64,000 nucleotides of DNA from Candidatus Cloacimonadota bacterium (GTDB lineage Bacteria > Cloacimonadota > Cloacimonadia > JGIOTU-2): positions 160,001 to 224,000 of the forward strand of contig JBNGBT010000004.1 in assembly GCA_049903315.1 (NCBI GenBank), given 5' to 3'. Both the position numbers and the translations under genes were made by a program. This document shows, piece after piece, positions 30,287 to 39,328 of the stretch. Below the pieces are notes generated by a model. The model saw only the letters and a program-made list of their open reading frames with translations. It was not told where the DNA came from and ran no database searches. Position 1 is the first letter of the stretch. Each line of letters starts with the position of its first letter.

Positions 30287-31456
30287 TTACCTCTCGATCT
30301 CAGGCGGACATGTATGCAGAGAAACCATCAGGCCGGCAAGATCTGCTATGTTTGTGCCGATCGCTAATTTTTCCAAAACAGCTATTGCATGTGTATAGCT
30401 TGGTCCGCGCACCTGTACTCGTCTTGGATATTCTGTGCCGTCAGAAACCATGTAATAGCCATATTCTCCGCGCGATGCCTCTGCACGGACATAGGTTTCG
30501 CCTGCAGGGATTTTCCAGTGAAGGGGATTTGGAATACGTGTTTGATACTCACCATTTTCCGGCATTTTATTTATAATCTGCCGTATTAATGATACGCACT
30601 GTACCATTTCCTGAAATCGCACGAAAGTTCGTTCAAGAGCATCAGATTTTGTGCCGGTTATCACATTAAAGTCGAGTTTATCATATATTAAATAAGGAGA
30701 ATCCTTGCGGATATCACGAGTAAAACCAGCAGCTCTTGCAGTGGGACCGACAATCCCGTACTCATCAACCATATCTTTTGAAATGTATCCTAGTCCTTTT
30801 GCTCGCATTTTGAAAATTGCATTATTAAGGAGCGCAATTTCTACATCATAGAGAACTTTTTCGACACCCTTCATAACTTTTTCAACATGCTCAAGAAATC
30901 CATCCGGAACGTCGCCACGCACACCACCCGGGACGATATACATATGATATACTCTCCCGCCGGTGAGTTCTTCAAAAAGATCAAGAATATAGTCTCGTTG
31001 GGCGACAGTCCACTGAGCGATCGTTCCCATTCCAAGCGCGCCTGCCTGTCCGCCGATCCACATCAAGAAGCTTGCAAGCCGAGCCATCTCAAGTGAAAGA
31101 GTGCGAAGCCATTTCGCTTTTTCGGGAACAGTAATTCCCGCAAGTTCTTCTGTAGCGGCAGCAAAGATATATTCATTCGTATCTGGCTCAGGAACACATA
31201 TTCGGCATACGATCGTGAAACACTGCAGATATTTTCTTCGTTCCATGAGCTTCTCAAAACCACGATGCAGGTAGCCGACATGCGTTTTCAGGTCGACAAC
31301 TTCGTCGCCACTCAATGTAACTTCCAGGGATATATTCCCTGTCACGCCTGGATGCTGAGGTCCCTGCCAGACCTTCAGGAATTTCTGCGAGTCAAGATCT
31401 ATGACAGGTTTACCATCCACGAGTTCGGGAAATTTTTCTCTATCTTTATCGTTCAT
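30287..31456 (-). CDS. mbxL: Mbx/MBS catalytic subunit L (NuoD homolog; not a NiFe subunit)
   Basis: GPQHPG, GYLHRGFEKL, RICVPEPD, C-terminal CPPEIER; the second Cys of each NiFe motif is replaced by Glu. Confidence 0.85.
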   Translation of the reverse strand: MNDKDREKFPELVDGKPVIDLDSQKFLKVWQGPQHPGVTGNISLEVTLSGDEVVDLKTHVGYLHRGFEKLMERRKYLQCFTIVCRICVPEPDTNEYIFAAATEELAGITVPEKAKWLRTLSLEMARLASFLMWIGGQAGALGMGTIAQWTVAQRDYILDLFEELTGGRVYHMYIVPGGVRGDVPDGFLEHVEKVMKGVEKVLYDVEIALLNNAIFKMRAKGLGYISKDMVDEYGIVGPTARAAGFTRDIRKDSPYLIYDKLDFNVITGTKSDALERTFVRFQEMVQCVSLIRQIINKMPENGEYQTRIPNPLHWKIPAGETYVRAEASRGEYGYYMVSDGTEYPRRVQVRGPSYTHAIAVLEKLAIGTNIADLAGLMVSLHTCPPEIER

Positions 31457-31486
31457 ATTAAAACCTCTGAATACTGTGTGAACATG

Positions 31487-32023
31487 TTACTCAGGTTCTT
31501 TATCGGGATACAATTTTTGTTTCATATATTTCTGTGGATCATAACTTTTCCTGCCCGGGCGCGGAAAGAAGGTCTCCTGCGAATATTTTAATGTATCAAA
31601 ATCTTTTCGCATTGGTGGAATGTTCTGCCAGCCCTCAAGGAGGAATGGTTTGTCAATACCGGGACTACCAGGAAAATCAATGCCGAACATTTCCTTAAGT
31701 TCCTGCTGATATGTTCTTGCCTGTGCCCAAAAAGTGTGAATTGATTCCATCACAGGATGTTTTCGTTCGATTTTTACACGTATGCCAATATCGGCATGAA
31801 GATCATAATTATGGAGTATATACGTAAGCTGGAAAATCCCATCTTCAATAAAATCAACTGCTGCAAGCATTACAAGATGAGTAAAACCTTCAAACTGCTT
31901 GAGATAGGAAATACTCGGTATTGCATTGCTCTTTTGTACAGCTACAAATACCATACTTTCTCGTTGATGCACTATATTCGACACCGGAAATCTATCAGAA
32001 AGTCTTTTTAAAATATCATTCAT
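31487..32023 (-). CDS. mbxK: Mbx/MBS subunit K (NuoC homolog)
   Basis: ELKEMFGIDFPG, PPMRKDF; operon position. Confidence 0.85.
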   Translation of the reverse strand: MNDILKRLSDRFPVSNIVHQRESMVFVAVQKSNAIPSISYLKQFEGFTHLVMLAAVDFIEDGIFQLTYILHNYDLHADIGIRVKIERKHPVMESIHTFWAQARTYQQELKEMFGIDFPGSPGIDKPFLLEGWQNIPPMRKDFDTLKYSQETFFPRPGRKSYDPQKYMKQKLYPDKEPE

Positions 32024-32035
32024 GATTTCTTTATC

Positions 32036-32659
32036 CTACCAATTATAATCAGGCATGTTCCAGTCTTTGATCACCTTTTTCTGGTTTGCCTTGTACCATT
32101 CAAAATTTTCTATATATTCATTTGCCTTTTCAGCTTTGCCCTGTTTGATAAGTTCCTGCAATTTTCTCAGTCCTGCAATAAGAGCTTCGGGTCTGGGCAT
32201 GCATCCTGTGACATACACATCGACTGGTATGTAGTGATCGATGCGGTTTATCGTGTTATAGGAGTCAAAATACATGCCACCATTGATCGTGCAGCTTCCG
32301 AGAGCAAGCACGAATTTCGGTGCCTGGATCTGTTCATAACTTCGGACTATTCGCTTCAAAGTTTTTATGGATGCATAACCACCAATAACAAATACACAGG
32401 ATTGACGTGGCGTGGGACGCGGAGCCATACCATAACGGAACATGTCAAAACGGGCAGTCATCAGCGGACGAAGCTCGATCGCTCCGCAGCCTGTGCCGAA
32501 TCCAAGAATCCATAACGAGTTTGCCCGAGCCCAATTGAGAAATTTCTCAATATATCCTTGAAGCGGTTTTACCTGCTCGGGATATGCATCGCAGAAGTAA
32601 TCACGTTCAATATCGGGCATGTCTTTATTTGGTAATAATCTGTTATCTTTCTTCACCAA
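32036..32659 (-). CDS. mbxJ: Mbx/MBS subunit J (NuoB homolog, Fe-S)
   Basis: TGCGAIE, PRQ, GSCTINGG, PVDVYVTGCMPRPEA. Confidence 0.88.
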   Translation of the reverse strand: MVKKDNRLLPNKDMPDIERDYFCDAYPEQVKPLQGYIEKFLNWARANSLWILGFGTGCGAIELRPLMTARFDMFRYGMAPRPTPRQSCVFVIGGYASIKTLKRIVRSYEQIQAPKFVLALGSCTINGGMYFDSYNTINRIDHYIPVDVYVTGCMPRPEALIAGLRKLQELIKQGKAEKANEYIENFEWYKANQKKVIKDWNMPDYNW

Positions 32660-32665
32660 AGCTCC

Positions 32666-33580
32666 TTATAAAACCATAATAATGATTGCAAGCAAAGCAA
32701 TCAGCGTGGGAACAAAAAGGAAAAATTTTATTGATTGATCAGTTCTGAATCTCGGAAAGGAAACACCAACCACAACTGAAATCATATATATAGCAAAAGT
32801 TTTTATGATCATGGCAAAGATGTTTGTCGCGCCTCCAAAGAACAGATTCATGTACAGCACAAGCTTGGCTGCATTGAAAATACCACGATTTGTCTGCATG
32901 AGTCCGAGAAAGCTGCCGTGGAATTCGGTTGGTGGTCCAATTGGGATTTCCTGAGGTGCCAGCACCACGCTGAATGGATTGTGCATGTTCATCCCGAGCA
33001 TAGCGATGAGCGCTGCAGTGGTCGCAAGAGGATTGGTAAATAATGTCCAGTTCAGTATACTGCCCTGCTGTGCAACTACGATTGAAGTAATGTTCAATGT
33101 ATGATACTGAATTGCAATTGCAATAATAGAAAGTGCAAAGGGAACTTCGAACGCAGTCATCTGAGCGAGTCCTCTTGCCACACCGATCGCACTGTATGGA
33201 TGTCCACTCTCCCCAGCTCCCAAAGCCATGCCGAGCTGACCGAAAAAGATAAAATACATCACAAGCAGCACATCACCCGAAACACTGAAATTGCTGAAAA
33301 TCGTTGATCCAAGTATCGCTGGGATGAATAAATACGTGCCAATTCCGCCTGCAATTCTAAAAACCGGTCCAAGAAAAAACATGATCCCATGAGTAACTGC
33401 TGTCCTCTTACCATACGTTTTGATAATATCAATAAACGGCTGCCAGAATGGAGGTCCAATCCTGCCCTGTACTCGTGCATATATCTTGCGTACAATACCG
33501 CCGAGTGTTAATCCCCAGATTGTAATAACGGCAAGTGAGATGAGCGAGTAGAGAATTTTAAGTAGAAGGGGAGTAGTCAT
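32666..33580 (-). CDS. mbxM: Mbx/MBS subunit M (NuoH homolog)
   Basis: RKIYARVQGRIGPPFWQPFIDIIK, APQEIPIGPPTEF. Confidence 0.88.
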   Translation of the reverse strand: MTTPLLLKILYSLISLAVITIWGLTLGGIVRKIYARVQGRIGPPFWQPFIDIIKTYGKRTAVTHGIMFFLGPVFRIAGGIGTYLFIPAILGSTIFSNFSVSGDVLLVMYFIFFGQLGMALGAGESGHPYSAIGVARGLAQMTAFEVPFALSIIAIAIQYHTLNITSIVVAQQGSILNWTLFTNPLATTAALIAMLGMNMHNPFSVVLAPQEIPIGPPTEFHGSFLGLMQTNRGIFNAAKLVLYMNLFFGGATNIFAMIIKTFAIYMISVVVGVSFPRFRTDQSIKFFLFVPTLIALLAIIIMVL

Positions 33581-36500
33581 TATTTACCTCCCATAATGAA
33601 ATAGAGTACAACAAAATAGAGTAAAATATGCAAGAGATAGGTTTGCCCGTTTCCGGAATATATCTGCCGGACCGTACCTGCTATAGAACTGACCCATTCT
33701 CCAAGACTACTCCAGAATCCAGTAACGACAGGGCGCACAAACGTGCCAAGCGCTCTTCTGTAGTGAGCATAAAAGTTGTGTGCAAAATGAGTAGTAGTAG
33801 GTTTAAAAGGTCGTTCTGCTGCAAACACAATATTAAACTGTTTCACTTTCTGCACGCGACCGATCGAGACTATGAGCCAGATAAGAGGAAGCATGAATAC
33901 ACCCATTGTGACATACATAACGAGGTTGCCGTTCCAGTACCCCAAACTACTATACAGCGTGTTTCCCTGCCAATGAATTGTGGAAGCAAAATAAGGAGTG
34001 ATGAATGTGCTCAAGGGTTTGATTATCAAACTCGGGAACATTGAGATCGCCATGATCGCAAAAATAAATAGAAACTGGGGAACGAGGAAGAATGGAGAAG
34101 CTTCTTTTACATCTTTATGCTGGGGTTTGGGCTGTCCAAGGAATATCGTATGAATCAGTCTGAAAAGATACAGAAATGCGATAGCACTTGCAAAGAAGGA
34201 GAGTCCAGCCCGGAAATACCAACCCTTCTCAAGAAGCGCGGTGTATATAAGCCATTTGGCTCCAAATCCCGACAAAGGCGGCACACCGGAAAGTGCAATA
34301 ATACCGATCAATACAGATATGAAAGAATAGGGCATCTTTTTGATAAGACCACCCATCTCGTACATGTTACGTGTTCCAACCCTGGAAATAACACCTGCAA
34401 CTGTGAGGAGTATCATGGCTTTGAAAAACAGGTGATTTACTGCAAGATAGAGTCCGGATACCCAACCAAGATGTGACATCACTGCCATGCACAATACTAT
34501 ATAGCCAAGCTGTCCCATGCTTGAGTACGCAAGAAGGTATTTTACATCCTCCTGAAAAATCGCCATTAATGAGCCGAAAAACACAGTAAAGATGCCGATC
34601 CAACCAAGCATGCTTAAGAAAAGTGCGCTATGATGCATGTTCATTTTTATGAGAAATAGCAGTAAAATAAGCATACCGAAAATTCCTGTTTTACTCAGTA
34701 TGGAAGACATAAAGGAAGTTGTGTCATCTTCAGCTTCTGCATAGGAACCGGGAAGCCAGATATGAAATCCTATAGCTCCAACTTTGATGAGAAATGCACC
34801 TATGATAAGTACGAATGCAGTAATTGGTAAAATGTGTGCAGAAACAGGTATTGATCCTAAGCCGAAAAGTGAAAAGTCAATAGTATGAGCATAACTCAGT
34901 CCGCTGAGAAGCATATATGCTCCTGCCAGGGAAAAAGTAATAAAGAGGAGTGCTGGCTTTTCTGCTTTCTTGCCGCGAAGGACAAGCAAGTACGCAGCTA
35001 TAGTCATCATCTCCCATGCAAAGAAAAACTCAAGAGAATTCCTCGCGACAAGCATGGAACCCATTGAAAGGATCATTCCGACGAGGAAGGGGAAAAAGCC
35101 CCTGTCTTGTACTTCCCTGCCCATAGTCGCAATAAGCTGAATAAAGCTGCCGGCAAGGAATATAAAGGCAAATACAAGGCTTACCCCTGAAAGTACTGGA
35201 TAGATATAAAAAGTATAAGCCGCTACTATTAACATTGAAATAATCGCTTTCAATTTGGAGGGAAGGAAGTCAAATATACTCAGAACGAGTATTCCTGCAA
35301 GCGGCAATAGCGGCAGAATATCAAAATTGTAAATATGGATTGGGATGCCGAGAGAAATAATGATTAATATTAAGAAAAATAGTATAATTGGAACTGTTTT
35401 ATATGCAGGCTGTAAAAAGTGCTCTTCCTTTTGCTCTGATCTTACAATGCTTCCGAACCAGCGAAACAGGTAGAATGCTTCAAGAAGAGAGCCGATGAGA
35501 ATAAGGACTATCCAGACATGAAGTTTGGAAAGAGCCAGGAATCTTACTATTTCCCATTTAGCCCAGAAATTTGGAAAAGGAGGAATGCCGACCAGAGTAA
35601 AAATGAACACACTAAATATGATAAGCAAGCCCGGTTTGAAACGTAGTATTGCCCACTCCTTGATATGAGCTTTTTTGATAATCCCTGCAATCCAGAAAAG
35701 TCCGGCTTTCGCAATAAAATTACTTAAAAATATACTCGAAATAATAAAAAGTGAGGTCGAGCTTTTTACATGGAGATATCGCGTAAGTGCGGTTACAGTA
35801 ATGAGCAGACCAATCTGCGCAATTGATGAATATCCAAGAAGACGTCTCGCATCAGTTTGCTTGAGAGCTATTAGATTTGAGAAAACAAAAGATACTATCC
35901 CAATACCAGCAATGTAAAGTAATTGGTTGTGTGGAATAAGAGGAAGAAGCTTGTAAAATGCATAAAAAACTCCAGCCGAATTTGCCACAGCAATAATGGA
36001 TACAACTCCCGAAGTAGTAGTTTGATAGACATCAAGCGCCCATCCGTTTGCAGGAAATGGTTTAAGTTCTATGATCAGTGACATCAGAAGTGTAAATAGA
36101 GACAAAAATCCAAGTGTTGTTATTACAAAACTCTTTTGAGCAATGATCTGATCAATATTGAGTGTACCTGTGATATGATAGATAAAAATTGTGCCAAGAA
36201 GAAAGAATATTGAGGCCAGGCCGCTGGCGATCATATATTTGAAGCCCGATGCAAGACGCTGCTCGTTTTCTTTCAGTGTAATCAAAGCATAGGTGGAAAT
36301 GGATGAAATCTCCAGAAATACAAACAGGTTGAAAAGGTCGCGAGTCATCACAATGCCATTGATCCCCATAATCATCATGAGGTAGAGGACCATAGGATAG
36401 ATTTTTGACTGCTTGAAAGACTTAGTGAGATATAATGCGCTGAGGAGTCCTATAAGATTCACTGCAAAGAGTATAAATGCTTCTTCCAAACCCATCCTTA

Positions 36501-36720
36501 AATTGATTGAAAAAGGTGGTTTGAAACCTGCCGTGAAGATCATTACTGGCGTTTGTGAGGTAAAGACAAATTTATACAGCCACTGTCCAGCTATAAAAGT
36601 ATTTATAAGAAGAACAAGTTGTAAAATCCCAAGGGAAAATCTTCGATTTATTTTATCAAAAAGGGAAAGGAGAAATGAGGTTCCAAGAAAGAGAATAAAA
36701 ATTATAATTGGATTTACCAT
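33580..36720 (-). CDS. Fused double MrpD/NuoN-like proton-conducting subunit (MbxH + MbxH')
   Basis: Two antiporter repeats in 1046 aa: DLFNLFVFLEI...RRLLGYSS and FFFAWEMMT...HIWLPGSYAEA...YLLAYSSMGQ. Confidence 0.88.
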   Translation of the reverse strand: MVNPIIIFILFLGTSFLLSLFDKINRRFSLGILQLVLLINTFIAGQWLYKFVFTSQTPVMIFTAGFKPPFSINLRMGLEEAFILFAVNLIGLLSALYLTKSFKQSKIYPMVLYLMMIMGINGIVMTRDLFNLFVFLEISSISTYALITLKENEQRLASGFKYMIASGLASIFFLLGTIFIYHITGTLNIDQIIAQKSFVITTLGFLSLFTLLMSLIIELKPFPANGWALDVYQTTTSGVVSIIAVANSAGVFYAFYKLLPLIPHNQLLYIAGIGIVSFVFSNLIALKQTDARRLLGYSSIAQIGLLITVTALTRYLHVKSSTSLFIISSIFLSNFIAKAGLFWIAGIIKKAHIKEWAILRFKPGLLIIFSVFIFTLVGIPPFPNFWAKWEIVRFLALSKLHVWIVLILIGSLLEAFYLFRWFGSIVRSEQKEEHFLQPAYKTVPIILFFLILIIISLGIPIHIYNFDILPLLPLAGILVLSIFDFLPSKLKAIISMLIVAAYTFYIYPVLSGVSLVFAFIFLAGSFIQLIATMGREVQDRGFFPFLVGMILSMGSMLVARNSLEFFFAWEMMTIAAYLLVLRGKKAEKPALLFITFSLAGAYMLLSGLSYAHTIDFSLFGLGSIPVSAHILPITAFVLIIGAFLIKVGAIGFHIWLPGSYAEAEDDTTSFMSSILSKTGIFGMLILLLFLIKMNMHHSALFLSMLGWIGIFTVFFGSLMAIFQEDVKYLLAYSSMGQLGYIVLCMAVMSHLGWVSGLYLAVNHLFFKAMILLTVAGVISRVGTRNMYEMGGLIKKMPYSFISVLIGIIALSGVPPLSGFGAKWLIYTALLEKGWYFRAGLSFFASAIAFLYLFRLIHTIFLGQPKPQHKDVKEASPFFLVPQFLFIFAIMAISMFPSLIIKPLSTFITPYFASTIHWQGNTLYSSLGYWNGNLVMYVTMGVFMLPLIWLIVSIGRVQKVKQFNIVFAAERPFKPTTTHFAHNFYAHYRRALGTFVRPVVTGFWSSLGEWVSSIAGTVRQIYSGNGQTYLLHILLYFVVLYFIMGGK

Positions 36721-37067
36721 TTCAGCTCCCTGTAATCTTCGATTGAAAGCGATTTTCTGCGTTTGTACAATCGAACCACATAACTAAGCATCAGTGCGGT
36801 CACTGCAAGTCCGATAACAATAGCAGTGAGTACAAGGGCAGAAGGAATAGGATCAACTACTTTTTGGACTGCATTGTCCGGAGTGACCATTTTATCAAGA
36901 ATTGGAGCAGTTTTTCCCCTCAGATAGCCAATTGTTACAATGATGAGATGAATGCCTGTATCGATAATTGAGAATCCTATCACGATCTTAAATAGATTTT
37001 TCCGGGTGAGCATGCCCCAGAGTCCGATGACGAATAATATGAAGCCAAGTATAAGTGTATATCTCAT
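36714..37067 (-). CDS. mnhC: Mrp/MnhC-like subunit (MbxG)
   Basis: DPIPSALVLTAIVIGLA. Confidence 0.9.
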   Translation of the reverse strand: MRYTLILGFILFVIGLWGMLTRKNLFKIVIGFSIIDTGIHLIIVTIGYLRGKTAPILDKMVTPDNAVQKVVDPIPSALVLTAIVIGLAVTALMLSYVVRLYKRRKSLSIEDYRELKW

Positions 37068-37765
37068 TCTTCGGCTCCTCTCATACTATCCAGCACATTG
37101 CTGAGTTCAGATCCAACTTTTAGACCGATGAATGAGTATATTAAAGGAATCGCACCTGCACTGAATAATTTTCCGAGCACACCGAGCGGGAGAAACGTAG
37201 AATTGAGAAAACTTCCTAATAAGACCAATCCAAGCAATCCCAGAAGTACGTAAAATGCCCCGGAAAGTGACTCAACCCAATGCAGAACTGTATGATTAAA
37301 TTGAAAATTGATATTTGATAATAAGAGAAGAAGGAATGCAGAAGCAAGCACAACACCTCCCTGGAATCCGCCGCCAGGGGTAAGGTGTCCATGAAGGAAA
37401 ATATACACACCAAACAAAATTGTGAGTGGAAACAGAAATGATGCACCTGTTTGCAGAATTTCTGATGCCGGACGCCGGTCGGATTTACTGTTCTTCTCAC
37501 CCTTTTTTCTTTTCAGGAGTAATCCCACTCCGGCAGTCGCGATAAAGAGAACAGTCACCTCGCCAAGAGTATCAAGTCCACGGAATGTAACCACAACAGC
37601 TGTGACAATATTCGCGGTTTTAAGATCGCTTACAGATTTTTCCACATATCCTGACGAGAGGGCATTAAGTGAGTCTTTAAGAATAACATTTTTCATGAAT
37701 GGAAGGAAGATGACAATAAGGACGATGAGCACTGCAATAGCGAGCATACGTTTAATCATCATCAA
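37064..37765 (-). CDS. mnhB: Mrp/MnhB-like subunit
   Basis: FRGLDTLGE, HGHLTPGGGFQGG. Confidence 0.9.
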   Translation of the reverse strand: MMMIKRMLAIAVLIVLIVIFLPFMKNVILKDSLNALSSGYVEKSVSDLKTANIVTAVVVTFRGLDTLGEVTVLFIATAGVGLLLKRKKGEKNSKSDRRPASEILQTGASFLFPLTILFGVYIFLHGHLTPGGGFQGGVVLASAFLLLLLSNINFQFNHTVLHWVESLSGAFYVLLGLLGLVLLGSFLNSTFLPLGVLGKLFSAGAIPLIYSFIGLKVGSELSNVLDSMRGAEE

Positions 37766-38009
37766 CCTCCTTATTTATCTTCTTGATCCTGCTGAGTGCA
37801 TAGAGAAATACAATAGTCGTAAGCCCCGAACCGATCGCAGCTTCCGTCATTGCAACATCCGGTGCAGAAAGGATAAGATAAATAATGCTTGCAAGGAGAC
37901 TGATCACTCCTGAGGTGATAATTGCTGTCAGCAGGTTTTTGGACATCACTGCAATGACTGCGGCGAGTATCATAATGATTCCTAAAATGATGATGAAAAC
38001 TGTGATCAT
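37752..38009 (-). CDS. DUF4040/MbhD-like small membrane subunit
   Basis: APDVAMTEAAIGSGLTT. Confidence 0.88.
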   Translation of the reverse strand: MITVFIIILGIIMILAAVIAVMSKNLLTAIITSGVISLLASIIYLILSAPDVAMTEAAIGSGLTTIVFLYALSRIKKINKEVDDD

Positions 38010-38359
38010 ACAGACGCTCCTTCCTGCTCTTGTTCATCATCTTTCAAGCAGTCTCTGATAGAGACATCTGCAAGCTTTATCCCGGCATGATGAGCAGCTC
38101 TGGCAAGAGCATGTGAGGATATTGGATTGGTGAATAAAATGAAAAGTATCAACACTATTATCCTTCCTATGCAGCCGCATTCGATATATGAAATTCCCAA
38201 ACCAAGCAAGAACAGCATACTTCCGAGAGTGGTTGCTTTTGTGCCTGCCTGCATCCTGTTATATACATCCGGCATACGAAGTATTCCAATAGACCCAAGC
38301 AGAAGAAAAAGGGATCCTATCAGGGTAATAAAAGCTCCGATTATATCAAGCACAGCCAC
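38006..38359 (-). CDS. mnhG: Mrp/MnhG subunit
   Basis: GILRMPDVYNRMQAGTKATTLG, TNPISSHALARAA. Confidence 0.92.
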   Translation of the reverse strand: MAVLDIIGAFITLIGSLFLLLGSIGILRMPDVYNRMQAGTKATTLGSMLFLLGLGISYIECGCIGRIIVLILFILFTNPISSHALARAAHHAGIKLADVSIRDCLKDDEQEQEGASV

Positions 38360-38619
38360 TAGATCCCCCTTTCGATATAGCGCGCAACAGCAATAACACC
38401 AAGAAAGCTTATCAGTGCATACACCGTCGCGACATCAAGATAAATGATTCTCATTGATTTGGAAGCGATGAATGCGATTAAGGAAATACTGATGATGGTC
38501 ATTGTGTCGAGTGCAATTGCTCGATCAGCAGTGGTAGGACCTAGTATCATTCTTATGAATGAAAGAGCCAGTGCAAAAAGTGCGATATATCCGGCAATGT
38601 TAATAATTATCTCAGCCAA
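38359..38619 (-). CDS. mnhF: Mrp/MnhF subunit
   Basis: GPTTADRAIALD, FLGVIAVARY. Confidence 0.92.
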   Translation of the reverse strand: MAEIIINIAGYIALFALALSFIRMILGPTTADRAIALDTMTIISISLIAFIASKSMRIIYLDVATVYALISFLGVIAVARYIERGI

Positions 38620-39106
38620 AGATCACCTCCAAATAACGTTCGAATCGTGCAACGATCTCTCTGCTGGTATCATCGATATTATCTGTCGATATATTGATCC
38701 AATGTATATAGAAAAATTCATCTCTGGTTTCCACGGTCAATGTGCCGGGAGTGAGTGTTATGGAATTTGCAAGAATGAGCTTACCCATTTTTGATTTCAG
38801 TTTGGTTTTCACTTTTACTATCCCGGGTTGTATAGGCAGTTTCGGATGTGCGACACGGAATGCAACATCAAAGTTGGATTTTATGAGTTCAAGAAGAAAT
38901 ACAAAAACATATAATATGCTGTATAGAATCGATTTGGGAGTGAGTCTGAGTTCTTCAAAGGCAAGTGCTTTTGAATTGTATATGACAGTAATAATAAGGC
39001 ATACCACTGCGCCTGCAATGAGTTCCTGTATTTTAAAACCAGTGAACAAAAACCAGATCAAGAATAAGAAAAGATAAAGCAGAATACTTCGTTTAAAAAT
39101 TTTCAT
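38612..39106 (-). CDS. mnhE: Mrp/MnhE subunit
   Basis: LANSITLTPGTLTVE. Confidence 0.92.
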   Translation of the reverse strand: MKIFKRSILLYLFLFLIWFLFTGFKIQELIAGAVVCLIITVIYNSKALAFEELRLTPKSILYSILYVFVFLLELIKSNFDVAFRVAHPKLPIQPGIVKVKTKLKSKMGKLILANSITLTPGTLTVETRDEFFYIHWINISTDNIDDTSREIVARFERYLEVIFG

Positions 39107-39328
39107 GAGCCCACCTTTCTACAGTATGATAACATGCTTCAAACATTTAGGATAAACTCTTTCCGCCGATTCCGAAGTTTTCGCGGGGAACTTCGTCTAT
39201 ACGGACATAAATATATTTTTCATTTTTTCCTGTAATTTCAGCCGCAACCTCTGTCAATCTTTTAATTAAAAGTTGTTTTTGTTCCTTTGATAATTCACCT
39301 GCATTTTCAAGAGTTATGATCGGCATAC

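Noticed and set aside
30287..31456. Group 4 [NiFe]-hydrogenase large subunit or canonical complex I
   Set aside because: RxCGxC and DPCxxC motifs are incomplete, no maturation genes are present, and the operon has Mrp-type subunits rather than NuoA/J/K/E/F/G.
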